NCBI GenBank assembly: GCA_964035545.1
Contig: OZ037769.1
Location: 5,499,929 to 5,563,928, forward strand
Source of the DNA: Bugula neritina
Lineage: Eukaryota; Animalia; Bryozoa
Direction: 5' to 3'
DNA length: 64,000 nt
The position numbers were made by a program, and so were the translations under genes. Positions 24,104 through 37,317 of this stretch are shown here, one piece after another. Positions within the stretch are counted from its first letter, which is position 1; each line of letters starts with the position of its first letter. The notes under the pieces were generated by a model. It had not been told where the DNA came from. It saw only the letters and a list, made by a program, of their open reading frames with translations, and made no database searches.

Positions 24104-27100
24104 ATGGTTGCAGTTGGTAAATATTGGTGCCTTACAGTACTATTCCTAAATTTTGTGCGGTTGATGGATGGCTCGAGGGGTGACAGGTCCAATGCTCATC
24201 GGGAATGCATCAACAAATGTCATGAAGATGTTTGTTCTAAGGCAGTTACTACTCCGAGGTATTTCTGTTCACTTATTAATAGCAAATGGATTGTAAATTC
24301 TGTAGTTTGAATGATCTTTTTGAGGTGTTTTAATGCCTAAAGTGTTTTTTCTCTGCGAAGAGCCATAAAAATAAATAAAAGACATGAATAAATAGTATTC
24401 GCCATGTTAATAACTGCAAAACAGGTGAAACGCAAAGTCAAGTGTGAATTATTTTAGTAAAATCAACCAAACAATTTTTCACACGAACTCACCACCTGTA
24501 CCCCATAAACGCTGCAGAAAGGGCAAACTTAAAGTGAAATTTGTTGTGGATTTTAGCAGCATTGTGATGAGTCCAAAGTTTAATCTCCTCCAATGGGATT
24601 GCTCAGCTGAATGTGAATACAAATGCATGTGGAAGACTGTTGACATCTTTGTGGCGCATCATCAGGACATTCCCCAGTTCTATGGAAAGGTCCGGTAAAA
24701 TGAGCACCTCATACATCTCAAGTTAGATCTTTGTCTAATGATTTTATTACATTTCATGCAACCAAAACTACTTTTCCCATTTCTTTTTCAGAATTGTCAA
24801 ATATAAGCCAACTTCCAATGTGTGGCATATGCATCACTGTATACTATAAAATACATTTTTTTTTACAATTTTTACTTCTAGTTGCCATTAAAAGTTTTTT
24901 TAATTTTTTATAATATTCTAAGTAGGTTTTGATGATTCAATTTATTTCAGGTTATCACACTTAGTGCTGCTGTTAGATCTGATTACACATTCAGACAGGG
25001 AATGTTGTCTAACACTATCACACTATATACAATCTTTATGTCTAACTTTAGTATTTCATATAGTATGATATTTTGCCTGAAATGCTAAGGGGTATATAGA
25101 TTAGGAGAACGAAAGAGAGGGGGGAGGGGCTAACTTCTTGAATGAGTTTTGAGACAGTCAACTAATGTGCATGGAGCTAGCAAGTCATGACTGGTTATAG
25201 GGTTTAAGTTTACTATGGATTTGAAATTTAACATCAATTTTGATATTTAATAATAAATGATTTTCTGTTTTAGTGGCCTTTCATTCGACTATATGGCATT
25301 CAGGAGCCAGCATCTGCACTTTTCTCAGTTCTAAATGGTGCTGCCCATATATACGGTATAATACAGTTTAGAAAGCTGGTCATACCTCTAGCACCTATGT
25401 ATCTCATATGGCATGGATATTGTTTCGTAAGTTGATATCAAATTACTATAATGTGACGTTTTTATCAAACTTATAGACGATAATATTGTATCTCTCATTA
25501 ATGTGACTCTGTGTGACATCCGTGCTGCTAATTGCTTTATATGACATGTTTTGACAGGTGGCTCTTAATACTTGGTGCTGGTCTACTCTGTTCCATATGC
25601 GAGATTTTGAATTCACTGAGGTAGGCTCCAGTCAGTTTATTCACCTAATGTTTACTGAAATGCTGCCGCAGCAGAAAATCGCTTGATGGAGCACAAAGTT
25701 TTTTGGTCGAGTTTGGGGTTCAGACAATGAGGTGCATACAAACACTGCACTCAGTGACCCCAAACTTTGTGCTGCATCTAGTGATCCCCTGACTCACTTT
25801 CTATGATTTTTGTTTTATTATCTTTGCTGTGTGTTGGCTAAACATGAAACCGTTTCTTAACGCCAATTTCTAACTTTACATTACCAATAAACTTTGGTAT
25901 AAACTCCATGGGGAAATGAATAGAGTTGGGGAAGTAAAAGAAAAAGAGAGGATAACTAAAAAAAAATTATCTTGTTTATATGAAGGAGCAGTTTGCTTCT
26001 CACCGACAGTTTCATGTAAAATCACTGTTTTACTAATGACTAGTTGAAGTCTATCTAGTTATGGCATTGACTGTTGGACTTTATAAAACTTATATATAAA
26101 TTGAAATATTTGATTAATTAGATTAGAAAGGATTTAGTTATAAATTAGAATATTCCATTACTTTTAGGTATAATATTTTGCAGCATATGGACTACATGGG
26201 TGCAACAGCTCTCGTAACCTACCAGTTGTTTGGTCTGCTGGCAAGGCTGTTGATCCACAAACCTAGGGTCTACTTGTACGCAGTGTCGGCACTAGTTTCA
26301 CTGTTGTGTCTATATCACATATACAGCATGGTCTTTATACACTTTGACTATGGCTATCACATTAAAGTCAATGTTACTATTGGTGAGTAACATATGAATT
26401 GAATAAGATTCATTTTATATTTCATCATGTGAGTGGTGAGTAACATATGAATTGAATAATATTAATTTTTTATTTCATCATGTTCAAAAGCAATGCATCA
26501 CATACAGATACAAAAGCAATTTTATTTTGAGTTTCTGTGCCATTTTTTTTAAAAAGATGTTTTACACTTTAACTTCAAAATTTTTTGCTATATACATATA
26601 TGAAAGTATGCGTCAACCATAGTTGGGTGACATGCTCAGCTCTGGGTGTTCATTGTCCTAAAGTTCCGCTTTTTACTTTTGCCTGCTGTTACTATATATC
26701 ATGGAACTATGCTGATTGAATTTCCAGGTGTATTGAATGCTATTGGCTGGGCTGGCTGGTGTCTATACGTCAGACATAAACAGACATACTCGTGGAAAGG
26801 ATCTACAGTCATTATATTGATAGGTCTTTGCCTCTCATTAGAACTTGCAGACTTCCCCCCTATAGCCTGGGTGTTTGACGCTCATTCATTATGGCACGCA
26901 GGCACTGCCCCTCTCACTTTGCTCTGGTACAGGTAATGTTGCCCCACTTCAAGTGGGCTTGTTTACTGTTCAATTTATTTTTAAATCATGTTGTTTTTAA
27001 CCTAACTGTTGTGCCCAAAGCCCAATCAATGTTATATAGCAATCGCTTGAAGCCGCACCTAGTTGGGGGTGACTGAGCGTAGTGGTTGAAGGTCTTAAGT

Positions 27101-27343
27101 TAGGAGTTCGGACAACAACGCGTATACAAATACTGTACTCAGTGCTGCTTCTAGCGATTTCTCTAATACATAGTTTTCAAACATCTTGCATAATTGATTG
27201 GAGTCATCTCATGTTCTATATATACACACACACAACAGGCTATCTAAATGAGTTTTATATGATGTATTTTTTCTTTCAGTTTCATTGTTGACGATTGTAA
27301 CTACCTTTTGATGAGTCATAAACCTGAGCTACAGGAAAACTGA
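24104..27343 (+). CDS. PGAP3: Post-GPI attachment to proteins factor 3 (Per1 family), 7 coding exons
   Basis: Exons 24104-24258, 24557/24560-24689 (NAGNAG acceptor), 25274-25426, 25558-25620, 26184-26382, 26728-26932 and 27280-27343. Signal peptide then SRGD; WDCSAECEYKCM, QFYGKWPF, QEPASALFS, WSTLFHMRD, FDYGY, DFPP and DAHSLWH. Confidence 0.93.
25672..25791. mobile_element. MITE family A, copy 2
   Basis: TIRs AGAAAATCGCTTGATGGAGCACAAAGTT / AACTTTGTGCTGCATCTAGTGAT, similar to copies 1 and 3. Confidence 0.6.
27035..27165. mobile_element. MITE family A, copy 3
   Basis: AATCGCTTGAAGCCGCAC ... GTGCTGCTTCTAGCGATT; shares an internal TCGGACAAC motif with copy 1. Confidence 0.65.
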
Positions 27344-27596
27344 CAGAATTAGTCAAGGAGAGGGTTTTAAGACTTCTTTGAAGATGAATGCATTTCACAA
27401 GACTGAGGATCAAAATGGCTCACTAAATCTATGTCTGAGACAATATTTTATAATTTTACTGACCATACTGTAGCAATTCGAACAAATGTAAAAATAACAT
27501 GCATAGACAATTTTTTTTAATTTACTTTGTAATTTAATTAAATACATTCCATTATAATACAACTGAAAAAAGACTAAATTCTTGTGATAATCTGCT

Positions 27597-30500
27597 TTAA
27601 CCATCGGGCCACTCATCTCCCGCCTCCTCTTCCTGACAGTCGTCACTCTCCTCACTATCTGTATTGTCACTGGCCTCTTGCCGTTGCTGAGAGAACATCA
27701 AGTCAAATGCAAAGTCCTTGCGTTGGTTGTCCAGGTCATACGCTGCCCTCTCTTTCTCGTACTCCTGAATTTGTTGGAGGAATTCATCTTCGGATACGTC
27801 GGTCCTTAGATCCATGCCGGTGATGTCATTAAACAGCTCGTATTCAGTTGGAATCTGCAAGTAACACACAAACTGTTTTTCTATTGGCTTAAAACTGTTT
27901 TATTAATATAAAAAGTTACACAAAGCTGTGTTTGATGCCTTTTATGCTACAGCAAAGACTCGAGCATAACTAAACGAAGTAGATATTGTTACAATTAAGT
28001 TTTCAAATACTAGCCTAAGAACCTAATCTGAAAACTGCTGATATGAAACAAACCAAGAAAGTGATAACAATTTAGTAGACACTTTGAATTGATATTTTCA
28101 TACTTTACAATCCGAGTTGAACAATTCTATCAACAAACTAGATAAATAATATAGAAACAAAAAGCTTGTTCTACCTCAATGCCTTCAAGGTTGTGTTTGG
28201 TGAAATAGTGGACAATATTCTTGCAATCGCGAAGTAGAAACTCATGCGCCAGGGGGTGGGAGAGATCAACCGACTGGGAGACGTCTATGAAGAATACTTG
28301 ACCATCATGCCAGAGTAAGTTGTATTCACTGAGGTCTGCATGGACTAGAGAGCACCGTCTGTGAGTCAGCAAACATCAGCATAATTAGCACAATAAAGTC
28401 AGTGTAATAATGACTGAATATGAACCCACTGAATACAATAACTGAGAAAACAGGCTCATGGGCCGACAACTTAAACAAAGTTAGTTTTTATAATCTAATG
28501 ATTAGTACATCAAACTCTATTTGTTAATAAATTTGTTTCTACCTTTGTCAATCAATATTTTCTCCTTGCCTGAACAGTATAGGCCATTGAAATTGAATTG
28601 TTATTGCCTTTGAGTAATATGAGTGTTATGCAACTGGCAGAGATAATTTATTTACACCAACGATAGCTATTGTATAAACAAACATAAGTGAAATATCACA
28701 AGAGTTTGCTAGATTATTAATATACTCACTTATACATGGCCACAACTCCATCTATAATTTGCCGATATGCACTACACAGCTGATCTTGGTCTAGTTTAGC
28801 GTCCTTCAACTTGGGGGCAGCCACTTGATTCTTTCCTATAAACTGCATGACTAGCACATGTCGTTTTAGTTTCACTACCTGCAAAATATCATACTCATGA
28901 TAATCAAATGATCAGAAAAACCATTCCATAATTTTTACTGGAAAAATTAGCTAAACAGTTTTATTTGCTAAAAGAATTCCAATTTCAAATAGAAGTTGAA
29001 GTTCAAAATGTTGATTTGCAAGAAACAATTTAATAATCAATGTTATGTATTGTATCTGAATATCTCTTGTCAGCATATCAACCAGAAATTACGGATACGG
29101 ATATGTGGTGCATTCCAAGTGAGTCTACTTTAACGAACAACATGCCAATCTCTACTAATGAATCACAAACAAAAATAGAAAATTATTGAAAAACAGAGAG
29201 CTAATCATGATTAAATTGAAATGTATATATAATCTAAGAACTAAAACTTTCGTAATCATAGTTCAATGTTTATAAAACTCACTTCCGGGCAGGTAATTCC
29301 AAACTTCTTCATTCGCTTCAGGTTAAGCATTTCCTTTTCCGCCCACATTCTCATAATCTTTCGAGGGTTTTGTTTAGAGAATTCATTGGCTAACCTAAAG
29401 TCACCTTTCACATATTTCTCTCGACTCTTGAACTCTGCCAAAGTCGTTTTGAAAACCTGCAAGAACGATTCAAGTCATGAGCTAGGAGTAACTCTTCCAT
29501 ACTGGCATATAACATTAGAGGAGACAACTTCACAGATAAGCTGGTGTAACATAAGAATAGAGAATGAAAAGTGGAGTGAATACCTTCAGGACGACTTCCT
29601 CAGGCAGAGCAACTCTGTTTCCCAACCCATTGTCTTTCTCTCCACCGAAAGCATGCAACACAGCAGACTCCTTACCTGCAAGAATACAAAGAATCCTAAC
29701 TTTTAGTTCCTTTAATGTTTTCAACTTACTATGTCAAAAGCACAAGTAGAAGGTCCATAGAGACACAAAATAATATGCGCAGCCAATAGCGACTCGTTTC
29801 TTGGAAACTTCTTAGCAAAGAAATTAATACTCTAAACAAAGCTGATGTAAATTATATTTGTTTGACTAAATTCAAATCCGAATTTTATTACCAGAACAAT
29901 TTGGCAACAGACTGTTATTAATAATAAGATAACGTTAATACCAAAAATACAAAACATTACAACACATAAAAATAACATCAGAACTTTTAATGCTATCCTG
30001 GTAAACAGAACTTCCCAAATTTTAGGTGTAAAGATTACTCACTAATGACTCACCAACACTGATGACGCCGTGCACCTCTGTCAGCAGTCCAGTGTTACAC
30101 ATCTTGAAGAGAACTAATCGAGTTTTCTGGTCCACCGCCTGGGTAGCTGTTGACTGATCTTTCTTCTCGTGAAGTCGCGCAGCTCGCTTGGACTCCGCCA
30201 TGGAGTGAACTCTCAGCTTGTTATACACTTTGTTGGGGAGCTTAGTGTGGTATTTATCCGTATCACCTGCAACAACCGATACCAGTTGTCACCTGCCAGC
30301 CAGCAAATAGCCTTAGATTATAAGTACTAATTTATAGAGAAGTTTTACATGAACACTCAGTCTAGCAAATAAAAACAGGTGTAAGATGATTGGTCAATTG
30401 ATCGCTTAGATTATAAAGTCAACTAAAAGTTTTAAAATTGAATCAGAGTGAAAACTACAAGAATATAATCTATACCAAGTTTATTTAATTCTATAATTTT

Positions 30501-33500
30501 ATTACAATAACGTACTGCGAACTTGCTTACCTGTATCCAGATCGAGCGAGAACTTGTCCATTGCATTGGAAGCATTTCTTCTACCAGATATGTCAAGGTC
30601 GTGTTTTGTGACTATGTTTTTGCCAGTCCCTCGTATTCCTGGAAACAGTCGCATAATGACAAGCATCGGTATCTTTGTCTTGAAATTCCCAGTACTAACC
30701 CTAAGCTAACTCATTCATTTACTACGGCTTATATTCAAATACTTCATTCAACACTCAATATCTGATGACAAAGAAAGAATACATCCTATGACTATCTCTA
30801 TTTCGTAAATTAAATGTGATGAAGCAATAATAATCCCAAGCTGATGGCTAACTCAATGCTATGATACCTCTTTTCTTGTTGAATTGCAGATTTTGGTTCT
30901 TGACTTTGTGTTCAAATACTTCCTCGTCATCATCGTGGTCCACTTCCTGCTGCTGGTAAGGGTGGATATGACGGTACTTTTCATATGACACAGAAATCTA
31001 AAGCAAAGGCATTACATATACTATATGTGTGTGGGAAAATCATAAACCTTTACAATTTCTTTCTACATAAATCTAAAAAATTAGCCTAATTTACAAGCGT
31101 TAAATGAACACTAAAGATCATATAACATTATACAAATTATTTACCATGTAAACCACCGTAATCACTTACCTTACTGTTTCCGTTGTAATGATCTTGTTCT
31201 CGCTTGAGCACCATGTCAGCCTCTTTGTCGAACTCCATCTGCAACATCTGCGCCATGAGAAGATCGCTGTCGGTGGTGTCAGCCTTAGCTTCTAAACCTT
31301 CGTCATAGCTGCTTTATTAAACATAGTACGTTAATTACAATATTATACAAACCATGATAACAATAAGACAACTAGCATTAATATATTGAAGCTACAGGTA
31401 AAAGATCAATTTATAGAAATACAACTGGTATATAAACCCTTGTAAAATTTCGGTTTGTAGATCTATAAACTGAGTGTGTATATTTATCAATGAGGTAAAT
31501 AATTGAGCACAACTCAGAGATTAATGTTGAAGTAGTTTGGTATTGAGTAAAAACCCTGAGTAAACATGTCAATACAACATAGAAGGCAACAACTGGATTA
31601 CCAAGAAGACGATGCTTCCGCTGCTCCAGTTACATCAGCATTTGAGGCCGTGTAAGGATCATATTTTGATGCATTTTCTATCTCTTCCAGAGTTAATTTT
31701 TCAGCGAGTTCCTACGGGACAAGCACTTGAACATTAGTAATAAATACACTTAAATTTCCCATAAAATTTAATAGCAATGTGACTAGAGGAGAAACTTTAA
31801 AGCTTGTTAGAACAAAACTAAAATCAGATCATGCTCATAACAATATTAGCAATGACAAAGTAAGCATTATTCCTGTTAGTCCTGTCTCTTAGTCAGTCTG
31901 ATACCCATACTGACAAGTCAACTCATAATGTTCCCTAATACTGACACCTAATAATTCTATTGACACAATACTTAGAGTAGCATGATAACGATACTGATTA
32001 TTGACTCAATGTAACTATTGCGGGCACTGGTTTCATAGCTAATATAAAGAGATAACTGAAACAGAAGTTTTGCTGACATCAGTTGAAAAGTATAAAGGAA
32101 TAAGATGGTTCTGTGATGTTTGTTTCAGAATTCTCGCATTAGACAATGCTACACAAGTCAAATCGTCTGATGAAAAAGCAGACATCATTATATACTCAAG
32201 TAAGGGAGTAGCCGTGGTCTAGGGGTTAGAGTGTTTGCCTAGTAAACATGAAGTCATGGGATCGAACCACGACAAAGAATACTGGTGATGTTAAGAAGAG
32301 CATCCAGTCATAATTGCTTCTGTGCCCTATCTGAATAAGTCTTTAACCCGATTAAAAAAATCACCTTCCTCGGGAGTTTTCTTACAGGGATGGTGACTAT
32401 AAACTTGTGTGAGTTTACTATATACTCAAGTATCCTGCAGCTGTCTGCTAACATGGAAAACCAAAAGGACAATGACAATGTTGATATTGTAGGGCAATAA
32501 TGAAAGCAATTACCGAAGGAATGTTTCTTACACACTTTCAGTCTCATCAAGGCTTCCAGATTCAGATTGGGCCAGAAACTTTAATAACTTTTAAAGTAGC
32601 TCCATCATTCACCGCAATTATTTGATTTTCTTGAAAAATTTTTATACTTATACTAATACTAATAGTAATAATAATAGTTGATGTTGTAGGTGTATGGATT
32701 AAGAAATACCAAATGTTCCGTAGAAAATATAACTTCCCTTGTAGGCCTAGTTGTAAATCAGAATGCGATGGGTATGTTAATGTAGCTGTTTATTGTAATA
32801 ACTGAATAAGGCTTACTGTCCAACTTCATGCTAACTTATATTTACAGTATCGCAATATTTCTAAGAATCAATATGGCTTTCGAAAAAATTTAAGTACTGC
32901 AGATGCTGTTGTTAAATTTAAAAATAATACGCTCGAAGCTTTTAACAATGGAAATTGCGTTCTCGGAATTTTTATAGATTTTAGTAAGGCTTTTGACACT
33001 ATAAATCACAATATTTTACTTGCAAAAATGAGAAAACTTGGTTTTAGTGAATCCACAGTGTCATGGGTTGCTAACTACCTATCAAACCGAAGTCATTCCA
33101 CACTAGTAAATGCAACCTTATCAAGTTCACGATCAGTGACCTGTGGGGTTCCCCAGGGATCTGTCTTGGGCCCTACCTTATTTTTGATATATATAAACGA
33201 TCTTGCTCAACAATTTAAACTTTTTAATCCCATTTTCTATGCCGACGACACTAATTTATTTTTTGAATCAAAAGATTTGAACTCCCATTTGGAAGCTATA
33301 AATCAAGATCTAAACTCTCTGTCAATTTGGTGCAATAAAAACAAACTCACTATAAACTATGAAAAATGCAACTATATTGTTTTAAAAAACTACCAAAATC
33401 CTTTTCAAATTCTAGAAAACTGTATATTATTAAATAAAAGACCTATAAATTACTCTAACAGCATAACTTTTCTAGGTGTACAAATAGATAAAAATTTAAA

Positions 33501-34516
33501 TTGGAGCTTGCACATCTCAAACCTACTTACAAAATTACGACCACTTAGTGGATTAATATACCGATGTTCTGAATATCTCCCTCAAAAAATTTTACTTTTG
33601 ATATATAATTCTTTCATCAATTCCAAGTTAAATTATTGTGCAGAGGCCTGGGGAAATGCAGCTAATACCCATCTAAACAAGATTTTTATTTTTCAAAAAA
33701 AGGTAATGCGTATCATGAACAAAAAACCGTTTGACCATCCATCAGCGCCTCTATTTACTAAGCATAAAGTTCTCTCAATATACCAGATTTACCGTTTTAA
33801 AGTGTTAAAGAAAGCTCATTCTTTTTTCTACTCTGACAATTTTTTTCCCACTCACTCTATCAATACACGTCAATCATTCATAAATCTCCCCCTTCCTCAC
33901 TCTCAAACAGCAGCAGGTCACAGAAGAAACTGTTATCAGGAGGTGGCACTATGGAATGAACTGCCAATCCCTTTACGGTCAATTAGCAACCCTAATGAAT
34001 TTGGGAGGAAGTTGAGGCTTTATCTGTTAGAATAGTTGTATTTTTTTTTGTATTTTTCTGGATAGAGTCGCTGTCAGCTCGTGTTGGCCCGCGCATGACT
34101 AGCTAGGCTATAGCGCAATGGGCCTCATCATCGCCTCCTTGGCATTTTCTAATGTCCTTGTGTTATTAAATACCTTTGATGAAATAAACCAAACAAACAA
34201 ACAAACAAACTACCAGTTATAATTAAATAAATTAAAATTAATGATATTATTATTATGGTTATCATTATGATTATGCTAACAGTAGCCTAACAGTAACAGT
34301 AACTATCAGTGATCAACTAACCTGACTCATTACATCTTCAAGAAGAGTGAGTGGAGGAGGAGCAGTCACATTCCAACCTTTCCAAGGACTAGGATTAGCA
34401 GCAGTATTAGTAGTAGTATTACTAGGCCTAGCAGTGCCAGGCTCAGTATGAGTATGACTAGGACTATGACTGTGAGTAGAACCTGGACTAGGAGAAACTT
34501 TAGTGTTACTTGACAT
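27597..34516 (-). CDS. RIOK3: Serine/threonine kinase RIO3, 11 coding exons
   Basis: Exons 34516-34322, 31711-31602, 31308-31170, 30997-30868, 30638-30531, 30266-30054, 29675-29584, 29456-29283, 28878-28730, 28358-28175 and 27854-27597. RIOK3-type N-terminal motif SDLLMAQMLQMEFD...NGNSKISVSYEKYRHIHPY. RIO kinase motifs SVGKES, WAEKE, LVHADLSEYN and IDVSQSV. Confidence 0.93.
32203..32418 (+). mobile_element. tRNA-derived SINE, copy 2, nested in the LINE remnant
   Basis: Homologous to copy 1; 14-bp TSD TATATACTCAAGTA (32189-32202 and 32419-32432). Confidence 0.92.
33028..34035 (+). pseudogene. 5'-truncated LINE ORF2 reverse transcriptase fragment
   Basis: 335-aa ORF with RT motifs; the endonuclease and N-terminal RT regions are missing or disrupted upstream. 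Confidence 0.85.
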
Positions 34517-35339
34517 TTTTTACTTTTAGTTTTAGCTAGCTTTGAAAAACTTAGTGTTTTAAAATCGTTTCAAGTGTCAGTCAAGTCAAAAGCTTTGGTC
34601 ATCTATACTGTGAATGAGAAGGTCAGAATAATCAAGTCACTTTTATTGCTTCTTGCTGGCAATCCTAATAAATATTAGGCTCACGTACCGACCTTAGCTT
34701 GCAAGCAGGTGGTGAAATCAAAAATACTAGTCAACATTCCTTACGTTTAATTTTCAAAATTATCGGATGCTAAGATAGCTCCGTTATTTCTAAAACAATA
34801 TACGAGAAGCTACATCTTTGTAACATCACAGTTTTTTGCGAGTTGAATAATTTTCTATGCACCGATTTATACATCAATAGTTTGGAGTTATATCACCATT
34901 GTGTCATCAGTTTGGAGTTAGATCCCCAACTCTACACAAGTTTGCGAAACCCAAATTACGTTCATTATAGTACAAGTATAATAATTATTATCATTATTAT
35001 GCTACCTGATATTCACATTCCATTAGGTGAGCGATATTTTCAGTGTACAGAGTTAGAGTTGTCTTCTCAAAAATCCAAGTAAACTATTGCTATGGATAGC
35101 AATCGCTGAAGTAGAACTAGATGTAATTTAATATCTTTTCCAGTTAATTGGTAGCAATCAACATGAACATCATGAGCATCATTTATCAACTAATTCTTAT
35201 GCTAATAGTAATACTCTTATTTATAGCCATTGGATTAGATTAAATTAAATACTTTCAATTTTCGTAATTATTTTAATCATAACGTAGTAGTTTTAAGTAG
35301 TAAAACTAAAAGAAGCAATATCCTAATCCTCAAACTCAA

Positions 35340-36180
35340 AGGCTTAATAATAATTAACTAATACTAATAGTAATAGTAATACAGTAATACTAATAGTAAT
35401 ACTAATACTATTAGTAATAACTATAAGAATAAGTCATAATTTATGGCTTAGTTATACTTATACTTATGGTTATAGTAATTAAAGTTATACTAATACTTAT
35501 AGTTCAGTAATACTAATACTAATAGTTGTAGTTTAAGTTATTATTATTATTACTATTCATATTGATATTGAGTATTGACTTTGAGTACCGTTATTTTTAT
35601 CACTGTGAGTGTGAGTCACTGTCAGAGTATGTTAGAACTTATAAGGTTCATGACTAATCAAGTATGACTATGATTCAATTAGAGTATGACAATAATTTTC
35701 ATTGACTTAGTAGTTAGTAATCATTGTCATACTGATACTCATTGACTGATACTCATTGACTGATTGACTGTGAGTCCTTGTCAGTGAATCATTGTGATTG
35801 CACAACTTGAAGTTGAACATGTAAAAGTTAAATACGAAATTTATTTTGCTTTTCTATTGGTACGAGTATCACTATGACTATGATATTGACAATGATTAGC
35901 TAATGTCAAAATTATTGACTATGTCTAACGCTATGGTCTATGAGTATGAGTTATGACATTGACTGATTCTGATTGATTATCAGTATCACAATCACAATGA
36001 CAATCTGAGTTGCAGTCACATTCACACTCAAAGTCTGAGTCACTCACCATGGGTAGGTTTGAAATTGATATATAAATTGAGTATAAATCTAATGACTAAA
36101 ATTGAAAAACTAAAACTAAAGTAAAAGGAATGTAATCACTATAAGTATATGTCAAAGTGTAATAACTATAAGTAAATTTA
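35340..36180. repeat. Degenerate ACT/AGT-hexamer tract between RIOK3 and the SPFH gene
   Basis: Mixed units actaat, agtaat, agtatg, actatg, actgtg, agtgtg, actaaa and agtaaa held in 6-bp register. Confidence 0.85.
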
Positions 36181-37317
36181 ATTATCTTAATAAGAAAATT
36201 TAGTAATCACTTAAATAATTAGTAAATTACAATATTCGTTTTGATTTAAAATATAATTAATTATGTACTAACGATAATTATCACTATGCTGTCACAAGTA
36301 GTGAACGGTCACAAGGTGGACGCTACTCTTCCAAACTAATTTTTATTTTGCTAATCTTGATATTAATGGTGTTTTAACATATTTTAAAGTCTCATACTAT
36401 TGCCCTGTATATTTATTATGTTAAAGTATTTAGAATAATACTTGACATTTATTTGGCTATAAAAAATCTAATGAATAAGTATATGTAGGCCTAATATGTT
36501 TGTCACACTGCATGAATTTAATTACAAATAACAAAGTTTTGATTCTCAAAGCAAAAGGTGTAGAAACATGTATTTTGATGTATGCTAGTAACATTTGAAG
36601 GGATTCCCTAATATTTTCACAACCTTTATTGAACCCAAAAATGAATAACTAAAACATAATGTTTTGTCCAGTATTCTGTATCATTTCTCCTCAAATTTTT
36701 TGCAGATTAGTAATTTTTTTCATGTTTCAATGCACATTTCTCTAGATTACTACGTTTAATTTTTTGAAAGGTTAGCATTAGTAGCCTACAACTATAATTA
36801 ACATGCGAAACAGGAATGTGATATCTTTTATTATTCTTTGATATAAAGTTAGTTGCTGTTTGCGTTAGTTGTGGTAGGGGACGACAGTTAATTGTTGCTA
36901 GTTTGAGGTTTCCATTTTGTTCTGTCAGTTCTTAAAAAAGTAATATGGCCATAGATTTTGTGACAATTTAAATGAACATAGACATATTTTTTTAAAATAG
37001 TTTGCTTGATATGATTGATGGTTTTTGTTTTGCAATTCTAAAGTTTTGTGAGTATCAGTACATGCGTAAACTAATGCAATTCTATCAAAGTGTGAATTTT
37101 GCTTCAAAATGTGCTACAAATGCTTGAATTTTGAGTTGCAATTAAAAAAATACGAGAGGGCGCACTCAATCTAAAACTTTGTATATTACGGTTTAATACA
37201 GTGTTTTAGCTTTTTTTCTAGCTGCAAGTTCCTCTGTCCTAATAACAACTTATTGTTCAGAGTTCTATAGTTGTAGAATGTTATGATTAGCCAGGATTCC
37301 TACATACAACTGATACA

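Larger units (their letters stand above)
31977..34210 (+). mobile_element. CR1/L2-group non-LTR retrotransposon remnant(s), antisense in RIOK3 intron 1
   Basis: Degenerate ORF1 PHD fragments (QCNYCGHWFH at about 32007; GIRWFCDVC at about 32097). RT from about 32870 (QYGFRKNLST, IDFSKAFDTINH, GVPQGSVLGP, YADD) to a stop at 34035. The 3' end is AATAAAC(CAAA)n. The 5' boundary is approximate and no TSD was found. Confidence 0.85.

Noticed and set aside
30861-30867. U12-type donor in RIOK3 (GTATCAT)
   Set aside because: It does not match the GTATCCTT consensus and no U12 branch site is evident.
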